From a virus: a stretch of DNA of 43,986 nt. Where the stretch lies: positions 1 to 43,986 of IMG/VR virus record IMGVR_UViG_3300044492_000037. One strand, given 5' to 3'. The notes beneath the pieces are model-generated. The model had not been told where the DNA came from, did not search any database, and was given only the letters and a program-made list of their open reading frames with translations. The translations under genes were made by a program, and so were the position numbers. Shown piece by piece: positions 1 to 8,342 of this stretch. Every line of letters begins with the position of its first letter. Within the stretch, counting starts at the first letter, position 1.

Positions 1-127
1 TTGGGGGAGTAGACGCAGAAAATAAAATCTGACGAGTAGACCCAGTAAGATATCAAGTCGCTGCCGCCGCTATGCACCGGCTTGACGCCAGCGTTGGGAA
101 ACTTCCAAGCCGTTCCCCAGTAGGTGA
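1..127. repeat. Terminal direct repeat, copy 1 of 2 (identical to 43860-43986); circular-closure overlap of the contig
   Basis: Compared base by base: ttgggggagtagacgcagaaaataaaatctgacgag...cgttccccagtaggtga occurs at 1-127 and at 43860-43986 with no mismatch. An ORF reads through the junction. Confidence 0.97.
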
Positions 128-1100
128 TAGTGCCGTAGTTGTAGATGCAGCCTTTCTGTCCCTGCTTGGCGTTGATGGGGTTGTAGATGTTGCCGCCGGG
201 GATGACGAAATCGAAGCCCTGCGCGAAATCAATCTGTCCACTCTGGGCAACGCCCACTATCCCTGCCGCCGCCCATACCGCGCCCGGCGTCAGCATCTTG
301 CCGGGCGCTGAGTTGCTCCTGAACTCGGCAGCCGTTGCGGCTACCGGCAGCGCCGTGGTGTCTGCCTTCTTGTCAATGTTGGTCTGTAGCGATGACCGCA
401 GTGCTTCGTCTGCGGCCACCACCCAATCCTTGCGAACGGCGTGATCATTCAGTGGCGGCGGCGTGGCGGGCAGGCTCAGCGGTGCATTGACGGCGAACGT
501 CGGCGCCACCGTGCCGTCGTAGCCAAGCCCGTGACTGCCGTCGCCAAACTTGAGTGTGCCGGTATTGGGTGCCAGCGTCAGTGCGTTGTTGAGTGTCAGC
601 GGCCCGGTCATGGTATCGCCCGGCACGTTGACGTACATGGCGTCGGTGTCGGCCAGGGCGGCAGCCTGCGCCACCCACGGTCCCCACACGCCAGCGGTCT
701 GCGAGCGCCAGTATTTGAGGTGCGAGGTGTAGCCTCGCGCTTCAAGTTGCAGGCTGCTGCCGGGAACGCCAAAGCAGATGCCCATGAAGATCTCGGTCGC
801 ATTGCCGCTTGTCGGCGGCGCATCGGTCGCACCGATATTGGAAAAGAACGTGCCGGGCAGGAATAGATAGTCGGCGTAGTTGGCGACCGGCCCCTGGTTG
901 GCTATCTCGCCGCCCAGATTGATCATTGCGTCACGCTTGTTGGTTGCGCCCGTGCCACCAGCGACAATCGGTCGTGGCGTGTTCAGGTCTTGCTCCAAGT
1001 CGCGCAGGAAGCCGTTGTATGGCGTCGAAAGAACAGGCGTGTCTGGGACGCCGTCTGTGCCGCCGGGAACGCTGTAGTTCTGTGCGCCGTCGCGTGGCAT
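1..1100 (-). CDS. Tail fibre protein spanning the circular junction (369 aa once the circle is closed; its last 10 nt are 43850-43859). Absent from the ORF track.
   Basis: Hand translation from the ATG at 1098-1100 (GGAG 7 nt upstream; TAG of the upstream gene at 1104-1106). The frame stays open to base 1: MPRDGAQNYSVPGG...IVAGGTGATNKRDAMINLGG...VPGDTMTGPLTLNN...VYSPNFG, then TGA at 43850-43852. GGTGAT..A..NLG and GDTMTGPL are classic tail-fibre motifs. Confidence 0.8.
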   Translation of the reverse strand, partial: MPRDGAQNYSVPGGTDGVPDTPVLSTPYNGFLRDLEQDLNTPRPIVAGGTGATNKRDAMINLGGEIANQGPVANYADYLFLPGTFFSNIGATDAPPTSGNATEIFMGICFGVPGSSLQLEARGYTSHLKYWRSQTAGVWGPWVAQAAALADTDAMYVNVPGDTMTGPLTLNNALTLAPNTGTLKFGDGSHGLGYDGTVAPTFAVNAPLSLPATPPPLNDHAVRKDWVVAADEALRSSLQTNIDKKADTTALPVAATAAEFRSNSAPGKMLTPGAVWAAAGIVGVAQSGQIDFAQGFDFVIPGGNIYNPINAKQGQKGCIYNYGTITYWGTAWKFPNAGVKPVHSGGSDLISYWVYSSDFIFCVYSP

Positions 1101-1103
1101 TGG

Positions 1104-2741
1104 CTACTCCCAGTCGCTGGTTGTTTCGTCACGGCGGCGCGGATTGACAGTGATGCGAAGCGGATCTTGCTTCAGCAGCTCAAGCGTTACCGCGTCACGC
1201 ATTGCCTTGGCGGTTGCCGGGCGTGATCCCGGCCCTGGCCCTGTCGGTGCGAGCCTCACACGCTCGTCGTAGAGCGGCGATCGGCGCGCTATGTTTGCGC
1301 TCAATTCATTGATGCTGCGGTCAGCTCGCCGGTTACCGGCAACGCGCAGCCCCCAGCCCAGAATGGGAGCGGTCGCGCCAATGGCGCCGCCAACATACGG
1401 ATCGTCGCTGATGTACTTGCCTAACGCGCCGCCGCCAGAGCCAAAGGCAACCGCCGCAACCGGCCCGGCTGCACCGCCACCGCCGCCAAGCGTGGCGCTG
1501 GCGCCGCGCAGCAAGTTGGTGCCGAAATTGCCACGCGCAAATCGCGTCAGGTCATCGATCTCGGCAGGGTTGAACCCGGCCTTGGAAGCAGGGCTTTCGC
1601 CACCCTTTTGTTTGATGAAAGTGCGAACGCCTTTGCGTGTTTCGTTTTCGAGGTTGAGGCCGGAATGAGTTGCACCGGCACTGTTCCTGGCGTTGTTGAT
1701 AATCTCGTTGACATCCTGGGTGCGCTCGTAGGCGGACCAGTTGTTGCGCGCACGTTGGGCTGCCCGCGCAGCGATGCGCGCCTCTCTCTCGCCGCCAGGG
1801 AGAACAGCACCCGGAGGTGGATTGATGATGAAATCGTCCAGCCCGCGCTTGACGATGCGCGCACTTTCTCGATCCGTCGCTGTAGCCTCCGTCTGCGGTA
1901 TTCTGTTGAGGCCTTTGCGAACGAACTCAATAGACGCTGGATCAATGATGGCGTTCTGGCCGGTATTGATCTGACCTGGGACGCCGCCTCCGCGCATCTC
2001 GTCAAAGGCCCGCCATGTGGCGGGACTGTCACGCCAGTGGAAGCGGTCACGCAGCAGATCTGCTTCAAGGTCGTCGGCGTGTGCGCGGAAGGCACTTGGC
2101 TCGTAGGGCGCTCGGCTCGCCGCCAGTTGCCGATAAGCCGCATCCCCTGACCCATGTAGCTCTGCCTCCGTTGGCGCCACGGCGCGTGTAACATTCGGAC
2201 GCGCTCCAAATGCCGCGCCACCGGCTGCACCTAGTGGGATGCCAAGGATAGCACCCAGCCCGGCGTTCTTGGCGTAGTCGGAGGCCTCGCCGGAATAGGT
2301 ATTGCCTGCGCCTTGCAGCGCACCAGTAACGCCGCCGGTCAGGCCGTAGGCGCCAGCTCGCGCCAGGGCAGTGCTGCCGCCACGCGCAGCCAGCGCGCCT
2401 GCACCCAGGCCGGGGATCGCCACTGAGCCTGCGACATCGCCAACGATGGAAGCGTAGGGGCTGCGCTCACGCGCCTTCTCCGACAGCTTGACCTGTTCGT
2501 TGACGGCCTCGTCGTAGGTCTTAGGGCCGCCCTCGCCAGTGATCATGCTCTGGAATGTCGGCTTGCCGCCGCTATTCATGTAGCCGACAAAGCGGTCCAT
2601 GTTGCCAAACGTGATGGCATTGGTGCCTGCGCGGATGGCATCGCCAATTGTCTCGTCGGCATAGCTCGCGGCACCCTTGGCAGTGTCCCACCAAGTGCGG
2701 TCCTTTGGCGGATCTTCTGGTTGCCAATCCTCGGCGGCCAT
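1104..2741 (-). CDS. Gly/Ala-rich virion protein with glycine-zipper-like hydrophobic segments (candidate ejection or internal virion protein)
   Basis: 545-aa ORF. The ATG at 2741 abuts the TAA of the upstream gene (TAAATG). Segments include GLGAILGIPLGAAGGAAFGA and GGGGGAAGPVAAVAFGSGGGALG. It lies between the M15-domain protein and the fibres. The function is inferred. Confidence 0.75.
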   Translation of the reverse strand: MAAEDWQPEDPPKDRTWWDTAKGAASYADETIGDAIRAGTNAITFGNMDRFVGYMNSGGKPTFQSMITGEGGPKTYDEAVNEQVKLSEKARERSPYASIVGDVAGSVAIPGLGAGALAARGGSTALARAGAYGLTGGVTGALQGAGNTYSGEASDYAKNAGLGAILGIPLGAAGGAAFGARPNVTRAVAPTEAELHGSGDAAYRQLAASRAPYEPSAFRAHADDLEADLLRDRFHWRDSPATWRAFDEMRGGGVPGQINTGQNAIIDPASIEFVRKGLNRIPQTEATATDRESARIVKRGLDDFIINPPPGAVLPGGEREARIAARAAQRARNNWSAYERTQDVNEIINNARNSAGATHSGLNLENETRKGVRTFIKQKGGESPASKAGFNPAEIDDLTRFARGNFGTNLLRGASATLGGGGGAAGPVAAVAFGSGGGALGKYISDDPYVGGAIGATAPILGWGLRVAGNRRADRSINELSANIARRSPLYDERVRLAPTGPGPGSRPATAKAMRDAVTLELLKQDPLRITVNPRRRDETTSDWE

Positions 2742-5528
2742 TTACTCCTCCATCCAGTAGGAGCCGTTCCACACCCGTCTCGCGCCGGTCTTCTTGTTCA
2801 CCCGCACGTCGCCAAACCCGCGTGGCTGTACGTCTCGCATTTCTTGATTGATGCCCTCCTGCTTGTCGGCCCCGGCAATGGTCTTGCGCTTCTCATGCCA
2901 ATCGACCACCTCGCGGGCCGGGCCAAGGCTGCCGTGCAGGCTGTCGAGGAAGGCTTGCCGCTCCTCGGCCTTGAAGGCTGCGGTCTTTGGATCGTCGCCG
3001 TATTTCGGCAGCATGCCTCTGGCGTGATCCTCGGCCTCCTTGGGACCGTAGGCCGCGCCGCTGCTCGATCGCATGAACGCCAGCACGAAGTTGTTGGCGG
3101 CGGTCTTGGCGAGGCGGTAGTCGTCTGCCAGTAGCTTGTTGCCGACAAACGGCACCTTACCCAGCACCTCCTGCTGCGCGCCCTCGGCAAACAGCTTGTC
3201 CTTGCCCTTCAGCAGCTCATGCGCCGGTTTGGCCCAATTGTAGAAGGTCAGCGTCTTGCGCTGGTCTTCCGTCAGCTTGGGCGACGGCGCGACATCTGGG
3301 TTGGCACCGGCAATGACCGGCTTGATCCAGCTCTTGCTCACCGGGTCGTAGACCAGCTTGCCTTCGACATCCTCTGGCTTTGGCCGCTGCGCCTGCTCGA
3401 TCTCCAGGCGTTCCTTCTGTTCCTTGCGGCGGCGCTCGGCCTCGTTCAGCTCCCACTCGCGCTTGGCCTTTTGCAGCTCAAAGTGCTGGTTGCGCTCGAA
3501 TTGCCAGTCGGCGTTGCGGATCTCGTCGCGCTTCAGGCGCCGCTGTTCCAGCTCGGCGGCGGCAGCCAGATCGGCAGCCTTCTGGGCGTCGGACAGGTAC
3601 GGGTTGTTTCTTGAACCCAGCAGCGCCCGCTCGCGTGGCGAGGCGTCTTCTGGCTTGGGTGGCGGCGACAGCGGCTTGATCTCTGGGAACTGCTTGTCAT
3701 TGGGCGCAACAATCTGCTCCTGGCTGGGGAGCTGGCCGGGTGGGGCCTTCTGGATGCCGGTGTCGGGTGGCGGCGCCCCCACCGGCACGGTCTTGACCGG
3801 GCGCGGGCTGAAGATCGTGCCGCTGTCCACGGTCGAGCCGCCGGGCGCCTGCGCCACTTGCACCGCCGGGTCTGTCGGCGCCGGGGCCGGTTGCCCCGAC
3901 AGTGACCCGGCTATGGCGTTGCGCCGGGCATCGACGCTTGCCGCAATACCGGCCCCCACGGGGCTGTCTGGGCCTGCATCGTTCATCACCCCTGCCCTAC
4001 CTAGCGCGGCAGTCGCGCCACGCAGCCCAGGCCTCGCGCCTGCGCCCAGCGTGTCCTGCAAAACGGCATCCTGCTGATCGGCGCCGGGCGGCGCCGCTTG
4101 CGCCACCTGGGGCGGTTGCTCCTGCATCATGGGGCTGGGGCGCACCGCCAGCGTATTGACCGGCGGGCCTGCGGGAGGCGGCGGTGGAGGTGGCGCCGCT
4201 TGGGCCACTGCCTGCGGACGCTCTCCCATGCGGTGTGGCGCCGCCTCGCTGCGGAACCAGTCCGGCGTCTGCCCCAGGCTGGTGTAGGAGCGATTTGGCC
4301 CCCAGGCGACCGGGGTGCCTCTGCGGAAATCGATATGGATGCTGTTGCCGCCATAGTTGCCCAGGCCGCCAGCGCCACGCATCCTGGCGTCGGCAATCAA
4401 CGCCCGGCGCTGCTCGGCGGGGACACCAGACACGTCCATGTCCACAGCCAGCCCACGCATATGCTCGCTGTTGGGGGCGCCACCGACAGAGGCGTTGACC
4501 TGGGGGCTACGGTAGCCGGACGTGAACTTGACGCCGGGGTAGGCCTTGCTGACCTCCGCGACATAAGCCTGCGTCTTGGGGTCGAGGTTCTCGACGCCAC
4601 GCGGCACTGTTGTGGGCTTCAGATAAGCACCAACGCTGCGGCTCTTCATATCGGTGGGCGCATCCGGCCCGCCTACGGTGATCTTCAGCGGCGCACGATC
4701 GCCCTGCGGCACCGCCGGATCTGCCGGTGGCGCAAAGGCGGCAGTCGTCGCCGGGACGGACGGCGCCATAGCGGGGCGATCGGCCTCACGCTGCGGCGAC
4801 ATCATCAGGGCATTGGTGATGCTGTCGCGCACACCGCTCTGCGGCCCTGGCGGGGCCTGCGGCTGCGCCTGCTGCACGGGTGGCGGTGCAGGCGCCGTGA
4901 CGCCCTGCTGCTTGAACGCCTCGATCAGCGCCGCCTTGCCTTCCGGCGGCAGATCCCAGCCTACCGGCGATCGTGCCGGGGCCTCTGACGAGGTGACGCC
5001 CGGCGCCGGTAGATCCGGCGCAGATGCCACTGTCGGCTGGTCGTCGGGTGCTGCCGCCGCTGCCGGGGCAGGCTCTGCCGCGACAGGCGGGGGTGCAGCC
5101 GCGACAGGCGGTGGCGGTGGAGCCGGTCGAGGTGCGGGTGCCGGTGCAGGGCGCGTGGGTGGCGTCAGCACGGGAGGCACCGCAGGCTCGCTGCCGGGCA
5201 GACGTGCCGGTGCGGGCGCCGCCGCTGGCGGCGCTGCCACCACTGGGGCTTCAGGCACTGTCCGCACCAGCGGTGCGCCGCTCTCGGTTGGCAGCCCGCG
5301 TTGGTAGGCTCCAGCCGCAGCAGCGGATGCCGCCTCTTCCCGCGACAGCCGCCAGTCCAGTCCGGCCTCGCCAATGCTCTCGCCCAGGTACGTCAGGCCC
5401 TCGCCCAGGGTCTTGGGGAAGCCGCGCTGGCGTGACGCCAACGCCGTGGCGATCGCCCGGCGGCGCTTCAGCGCCTCGTAGGTGGGGATGTCTGGCGTCC
5501 CAAAGATAAAGCTTTCGGTGTCAGCCAT
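2742..5528 (-). CDS. Large Pro/Ala-rich virion protein with an embedded zinc peptidase M15 (YcbK/VanY-like cell-wall peptidase) domain
   Basis: 928-aa ORF. Residues ~330-405 (nt ~4299-4601) read GVKFTSGYRSPQVNASVGGAPNSEHMRGLAVDMDV...GNSIHIDFRRG, giving H-x6-D plus a distal H, the M15 metal-ligand pattern. Long PAPAP tracts flank it, and the C-terminal third is coiled-coil-like. Confidence 0.85.
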   Translation of the reverse strand: MADTESFIFGTPDIPTYEALKRRRAIATALASRQRGFPKTLGEGLTYLGESIGEAGLDWRLSREEAASAAAAGAYQRGLPTESGAPLVRTVPEAPVVAAPPAAAPAPARLPGSEPAVPPVLTPPTRPAPAPAPRPAPPPPPVAAAPPPVAAEPAPAAAAAPDDQPTVASAPDLPAPGVTSSEAPARSPVGWDLPPEGKAALIEAFKQQGVTAPAPPPVQQAQPQAPPGPQSGVRDSITNALMMSPQREADRPAMAPSVPATTAAFAPPADPAVPQGDRAPLKITVGGPDAPTDMKSRSVGAYLKPTTVPRGVENLDPKTQAYVAEVSKAYPGVKFTSGYRSPQVNASVGGAPNSEHMRGLAVDMDVSGVPAEQRRALIADARMRGAGGLGNYGGNSIHIDFRRGTPVAWGPNRSYTSLGQTPDWFRSEAAPHRMGERPQAVAQAAPPPPPPPAGPPVNTLAVRPSPMMQEQPPQVAQAAPPGADQQDAVLQDTLGAGARPGLRGATAALGRAGVMNDAGPDSPVGAGIAASVDARRNAIAGSLSGQPAPAPTDPAVQVAQAPGGSTVDSGTIFSPRPVKTVPVGAPPPDTGIQKAPPGQLPSQEQIVAPNDKQFPEIKPLSPPPKPEDASPRERALLGSRNNPYLSDAQKAADLAAAAELEQRRLKRDEIRNADWQFERNQHFELQKAKREWELNEAERRRKEQKERLEIEQAQRPKPEDVEGKLVYDPVSKSWIKPVIAGANPDVAPSPKLTEDQRKTLTFYNWAKPAHELLKGKDKLFAEGAQQEVLGKVPFVGNKLLADDYRLAKTAANNFVLAFMRSSSGAAYGPKEAEDHARGMLPKYGDDPKTAAFKAEERQAFLDSLHGSLGPAREVVDWHEKRKTIAGADKQEGINQEMRDVQPRGFGDVRVNKKTGARRVWNGSYWMEE

Positions 5529-5529
5529 G

Positions 5530-6936
5530 TCACGCCGCCTTCAGGATGCTGCCCATCACCATGCCGGTATTGATATGGCGGATGCCGCGCTGGTCTTTCT
5601 TGACGGCGCGTCGATCGATCTTCTCCACGTCCTGCGCCATCGGACCAACGTGTGTTTGTCTCTCTGGATCACCCTTGTACTGGTAGGCGTAGATCGGCAG
5701 CTCGTTGCGCTCGCCATCTTCACCGGCAGCAAACACTGTCGCCAGCTTTGGTCCGACATCCTTCACGCGCTCGTCGGACATTTTCATCATTCCCCCCATC
5801 ATGCCAAAAATTCCGCCCATTAATGCATTTTGATTTGCGCTCTCTTGTTTATAAATATCCATGTCTTGCGAGAAGCGAGTGTTTATCAATCCTGCAACGT
5901 CTGTCGTCGGTATCTGATTGTTTGGAGTGTTTACAAAATTCGGATTGTTAATTTGTGAGCCGCTGAGCAGCGAGCTGATCTCGTTGATGGGTTGGTTGCG
6001 CTGCGCGTACTGCTCGTTCATGTACTGGTTGCGCGCCATGTTCTGCGCGTTGAAACCGGCCTGCCCTTGCGCCACTTGCTGTGCGAGGCCAGCGTTCTGA
6101 AACTCACCTCGAGCAGCGGCTTGCTGGAAGTCGGTGCTTTGCGCTTGGTTGGCGAACGCGCCGCGACCTTGTTGCTGCTGATACTCCTGCTGCTGCGCGG
6201 CGTTCTCGAACCCAGCTCTCTGGGCCGCCATGTCCATCATGCGCTGCTGTTCTTGCCCGGCTGCACCAATCGCACCAAAGCGGGTGTCGGTGGCTTGCCG
6301 GTTGTAGTCGTCCATTGCAGCCGTGTAGGCCTGCGAGCCGTAGCGGATGCCCTGGTCCGCGAGCCGCTGCTCGATGTTGCCGCGCTCCCTGGCGAGCTGC
6401 GGATTGATGCGCCCCATCAAACTGTCTTCGACGCGCTGCCGGTCCTGGCTGAAGTCGCCAGCGCCGTAGCTCTTGGTGATGTCGCCAGCATCGCCAAACG
6501 TGCGCTGCTGCGATCCGACATCGGCAAACGTCGTGGCGGCCTTGTCGATGCCGGTGATCTGGTTTGGATCGCCAGCGGCTGGTGCGCCGCTGACATCGAG
6601 ATCGTTGGCGAGCAGCTTGGACAGGCGCCCGCTCTGCGTATTCGCCATGCCAGCCAAATTCATTTTGGCTGCTTGGTTTTGATCTTCGATGGCTTGCGCT
6701 TGTGGCGAACGCTGCTGTGTTGCCGTGAACGTAGGAATATTCACGTCCAAATTTGTGTATGGGTCGTGCCAGTTATAATTCCCGGTTTGATTGTAGCTGA
6801 GCGAGCCTTCCGGCGTGACCTGATTGGTATTGTTTAGCATTGCATTCGCAATGCTTGTCGCCACGTTCGTCGAGGTCGATGCTCGCGCCGTGTCTTGCGG
6901 ATTAGGTGCTGGAGGTGGAGAGGATTTTCCGCCCAT
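5530..6936 (-). CDS. Q/N-rich virion protein with a C-terminal S74-type intramolecular chaperone (autocleaving) domain
   Basis: 468-aa ORF. The last 82 aa (nt 5533-5778) read SDERVKDVGPKLATV...LPIYAYQYKGDPERQTHVGPMAQDVEKIDRRAV...INTGMVMG. This matches the endosialidase/tail-fibre chaperone pattern that begins at the SDxRxK cleavage site. Its start overlaps the upstream stop (TGATG at 6934-6938). Confidence 0.8.
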   Translation of the reverse strand: MGGKSSPPPAPNPQDTARASTSTNVATSIANAMLNNTNQVTPEGSLSYNQTGNYNWHDPYTNLDVNIPTFTATQQRSPQAQAIEDQNQAAKMNLAGMANTQSGRLSKLLANDLDVSGAPAAGDPNQITGIDKAATTFADVGSQQRTFGDAGDITKSYGAGDFSQDRQRVEDSLMGRINPQLARERGNIEQRLADQGIRYGSQAYTAAMDDYNRQATDTRFGAIGAAGQEQQRMMDMAAQRAGFENAAQQQEYQQQQGRGAFANQAQSTDFQQAAARGEFQNAGLAQQVAQGQAGFNAQNMARNQYMNEQYAQRNQPINEISSLLSGSQINNPNFVNTPNNQIPTTDVAGLINTRFSQDMDIYKQESANQNALMGGIFGMMGGMMKMSDERVKDVGPKLATVFAAGEDGERNELPIYAYQYKGDPERQTHVGPMAQDVEKIDRRAVKKDQRGIRHINTGMVMGSILKAA

Positions 6937-7361
6937 CAGTATCGTCCTAGCTGGCCCGGCCCGCCGGGCATCTGCGTTCCCATCGTCGGATCGATCGGCG
7001 CCTGTCCCACCATGTTAGGCACACGCGGCGGCGGTCCCACCGGAGCGCCTCCCGGCATCGGCGGCGGCGTCTGTCCCGCTGGCATTGGCGGCGGCATGAC
7101 GCCCCCAGGTGGCGGCATGCTTGCAGACATGCCGCCACCCGCCCCAGGCATTGCGGGAGGTGCTGTCACGCCTGGAGGAATGCCGCCCGGTGCAGGCGGC
7201 GCACCCATGCCCGGCATGCCGGGTTGTGCGCCCGGCATCTCGGTGCGGGGCTGTGGTGATTGCACATTCATCAGGGCCTGGGTGATGGCGTCACGAACGC
7301 CGTTGGTGTTTCCGCCACCGCCGCCCATCATGGCCGGGCCACCCGCGCTGTACATCGGCAT
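6936..7361 (-). CDS. Pro/Gly/Met-rich low-complexity virion protein (141 aa)
   Basis: The ORF track gives 6936-7433. I prefer the ATG at 7359-7361, which overlaps the TAA of the upstream gene (TAATG) and has GGAGG 8 nt upstream. Sequence: MPMYSAGGPAMMGGGGGNTNGVRDAITQALMNV... followed by PPGG/MPG repeats. Confidence 0.6.
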   Translation of the reverse strand: MPMYSAGGPAMMGGGGGNTNGVRDAITQALMNVQSPQPRTEMPGAQPGMPGMGAPPAPGGIPPGVTAPPAMPGAGGGMSASMPPPGGVMPPPMPAGQTPPPMPGGAPVGPPPRVPNMVGQAPIDPTMGTQMPGGPGQLGRY

Positions 7362-7843
7362 TAGGCAGCCTCCTCTTGCGGTGCATCGACGAGATGATGC
7401 TTGAGCCGCTGGTTGAACTTGTTGTTGCACCAATCTTCGTATGTGAGTGTGCAGAGAACGCCGTCGCGGTGGCGGCCAAACATGCGAGGCACTTTGATAA
7501 ATGTGTAATCGTATGCAGCAAGCTGTCCCAGCAGCTTCACGCTGTCAGCCGGGGTGCGTTGAAAAATCATCTGACACGCGCAAGTATGAAACGGATATTG
7601 GTACATGCGCCGGATCGTCTCACGGGTTAGCCAGCGAGAGTTGGTGGCGGCACCGCTTATTTCGATCACCTCGGCCTGCGGGTCGTAGTTGTGATAGACC
7701 AGACCGCCGATAAGCAATCCCTCTTCATCGATCACGCCAATGGCCTTGGCTGCGCTGCCAAACCCGTAGTTGCCGACATGCGGGATGAGCTGCGCCACAG
7801 CTTTCGCGACTAGTTCATCCTGCCCATAAACGTAGCGCAGCAT
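7361..7843 (-). CDS. GNAT-like N-acetyltransferase (160 aa) embedded in the virion gene cluster
   Basis: The track start at 7870 is GTG. The ATG at 7841-7843 overlaps the upstream stop (TGATG). The core GGLVYHNYDPQAEVIEISGAATNSRWLTRETIRRMYQYPFH...LGQLAAYDYTFIKVPRMFGRHRDGVLCTLTYEDW resembles the RimJ/RimL-type GNAT fold. Recognised by eye only. Confidence 0.55.
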   Translation of the reverse strand: MLRYVYGQDELVAKAVAQLIPHVGNYGFGSAAKAIGVIDEEGLLIGGLVYHNYDPQAEVIEISGAATNSRWLTRETIRRMYQYPFHTCACQMIFQRTPADSVKLLGQLAAYDYTFIKVPRMFGRHRDGVLCTLTYEDWCNNKFNQRLKHHLVDAPQEEAA

Positions 7844-8334
7844 CAGCTCTGATCTCCCGCGTAGGGCCACTTGTACATTTCCATCGGATCGCGTGGCTTG
7901 GTGGCTTCCACCAGCGCCTCCAGCGCCTTTGGCGCCTTCAGCCGCTCATTCTCGGCAAGGCGAGCGGCGATCGCGGCGCGTCTGCCTTCGATGTCGTAGT
8001 GGCCGCCTTGCGCCGCCACGCGCAGCGCCTCCGGGTCAACCATGCCGCGATTGTCGCCGTAGGTTTGCTGTAGCGGTATCGGGCCGCCGTAGACGCCGTC
8101 GCCTGCTGACATCGGGCTTGCCGCCGGATCGACGTACAGGTTCGGCATGCGTGATGCTTCGACGATGCCGGGCTGGTGATTGTACGCAGTCCACGCCGCC
8201 AGCGCCTTCTCGGATGGCGCGAAGCCCTTGAGGTAGGCGGGCGCAAACATGTCGGACGGGTCACCGGCTTGGTAGCCCTCGAAAATGTTGCCGGGCGCGG
8301 CTGGTGTCGGTGTGGGAGGAGGTGCGTCAGCCAT
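7843..8334 (-). CDS. Hypothetical virion-module protein (163 aa)
   Basis: ATG at 8332-8334 (MADAPPPTPTP...) with AGGGG upstream. The track start at 8367 would overlap the upstream gene. Confidence 0.6.
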   Translation of the reverse strand: MADAPPPTPTPAAPGNIFEGYQAGDPSDMFAPAYLKGFAPSEKALAAWTAYNHQPGIVEASRMPNLYVDPAASPMSAGDGVYGGPIPLQQTYGDNRGMVDPEALRVAAQGGHYDIEGRRAAIAARLAENERLKAPKALEALVEATKPRDPMEMYKWPYAGDQS

Positions 8335-8342
8335 GCTTGCCC

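Noticed and set aside
1-127. Terminal repeat as a biological direct terminal repeat or att/cos element
   Set aside because: The length is exactly 127 nt, it lies inside a coding frame, and it has no flanking packaging-type features. Assembly overlap of a circular or permuted genome is the simpler explanation. This cannot be settled without reads.
441-1226. Plus-strand ORFs at the left edge (441-866, 880-1077, 926-1147, 990-1226 and others)
   Set aside because: The minus strand here carries an uninterrupted, motif-bearing tail-fibre frame that crosses the circular junction. The plus-strand ORFs are Arg/Cys-rich antisense artefacts.
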